Of a DNA stretch of 64,000 bases, positions 62,643 to 64,000 are shown in pieces (position 1 is the stretch's first letter; each line of letters begins with the position of its first letter). The notes beneath the pieces are model-generated. The model did no database searches. It was given only the letters and a program-made list of their open reading frames with translations, and was not told the origin of the DNA. The stretch is from NCBI GenBank assembly GCA_951406725.2, contig OX597821.1, positions 101,432,001 to 101,496,000 on the forward strand, in the 5' to 3' direction. The translations under genes and the position numbers were made by a program. This DNA comes from Octopus vulgaris (lineage: Eukaryota).

Positions 62643-63400
62643 TCATCATCATCATTTAACGTTCATTTTCCATGCTAGCCTGGATTGCATGACTTCACAA
62701 GCACCTGTAAGGACAGGGGTCACACTAGGTTCCTATGTCTGTTTTAGCTTGTTTTCTGCAGCTGGATGCCCTTCTTAATGCTAGTCACTTTGCATAGTGT
62801 ACTGGGTGCTTTTTACATGGCACCAGCACCAACACCAGTGCTTTTTATGTGCCACCTTGATTTTAGGATATCAATTCTGTTGCGATGAACAGGACTTCTT
62901 GAGCATAGCAATGCAGCACGTTTCTCAGTCCCCTGTCATCCTCCTTTGTAAGGCTCAGCGTTTTGAGATCAGCCTTCAAGACTTCGTCCCATGTATTCCT
63001 GGGTCTCCCTCTTCCACAACTTCCCTCCACTTTAAGTGATCGGCACTCTCCTCATCCATCTGCATTATGTGATCAAATCAGCACAGGCTCCTCTCTTGCA
63101 CACTGCATATAATTCCTCTTAGGCCTAACTTTTCTCTCAATATACTAGTGCTCATGTCACACATGTACACTGACATTGCACATCCAGAAGAGCATACCAG
63201 CTTCATTCATCTTTAGTCTTCACATGTCCTCTGCATTCAGGACCTGCAGTATTGCTGTTCATATAATTGCATCATCCAATCTTCCTTTCACTCAGAGAGA
63301 GAGACCTTTGGTTTGCTAACAGAGGTAAAAGCTTTCTCAATTTTCTCTATTCTTCTAGCAATTACATTTGACATAACTGAACAGTACATTCAACAGAATA
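62643..63400 (-). mobile_element. RTE LINE 3' remnant contiguous with a family A tail
   Basis: Minus strand has LKVEGSCGRGRPRNTWDEVLKADL-like coding sequence that runs into the gaagggcatccagc...gatgatgat tail. Confidence 0.75.
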
Positions 63401-64000
63401 ACTTGAATGCTAAATTTCTTCTGCTCCGTATTTGAAACTTTTAAAAATAAATGAGAATGAAGTATAAACCATGTTCAGTGTTGGTTGAATTATATTCTAT
63501 AAATATGCTTAATATCATCATCAGCTTGTCCCTCAAATCCAAGGATTGATTTCTCCTGGATGAATATTTGGACCATTAATGCTGGTCGCAAATGTGACTA
63601 ACAAAACCAATTTTTGCATAAAACACATCAATTGCCTTCCATTGCCATTGTCTCTCCTTCTCTTTTCTTATTCTTTCTATTTCAAACAATTTTGCTATTG
63701 TTTATGTTTTGTCATTAGTCAGAATGGTTAGTTACTGTTGTCTCAAAAGCCAGGGGTTCGAAGCTGGTCTGTTTCAGAGTTGACTCAAGCTGATTTTGTA
63801 GTATCAAAGAGGGACACCACTTTGTCTTTTCCTGGTTGCCAGTTCATTGTTCATCCTGGTGACATGGTCGGCCCATCAAAGACTGTTTCATGATCAGGGA
63901 TTCAATGCCCTGGCTATTATTTGCTCTTTCTATCACATAGTTATTGAAGACATAGTCAAACCACTTGATGTTCAAGAGAGTGAAGTTTCAGTTGATGAAA

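Overview
This is AT-rich eukaryotic DNA, most likely from an octopus or other cephalopod; that assignment is inferred from the repeat families and gene sequences and is not proven. The supplied ORF track uses bacterial-style starts and is mostly noise. The real coding content is spliced and comes from three genes, reconstructed by hand with GT-AG junctions and consistent phases. (1) The last four coding exons of TRAPPC13 (+, 6231-8329). (2) A complete SGTA/SGTB-family co-chaperone (-, 11 coding exons, 36315-9409, 960 nt, 319 aa), tail-to-tail with TRAPPC13. (3) The first two coding exons of an SREK1/SRSF11 (Srp54)-family SR splicing factor (+, ATG 45848, second exon 61503-61636), divergent from SGT. 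The same three gene families are neighbours on human 5q12.3, which suggests ancient microsynteny. Introns and intergenic DNA are dense with tRNA-derived SINEs, RTE and CR1-like LINE remnants, a (GAT)n-tailed repeat that appears to be an RTE 3' UTR, a 1.24-kb piggyBac derivative, and piggyBac, hAT and mariner MITEs. The best candidates for follow-up are two near-perfect intronic hairpins (24167-24267, 48305-48380), putative poison or terminal exons in the SR-gene first intron, an ETS-CRE composite promoter and a CTCF-like site. I found no CRISPR array, no rRNA or bona fide tRNA gene, and no new multi-gene system that I can support.
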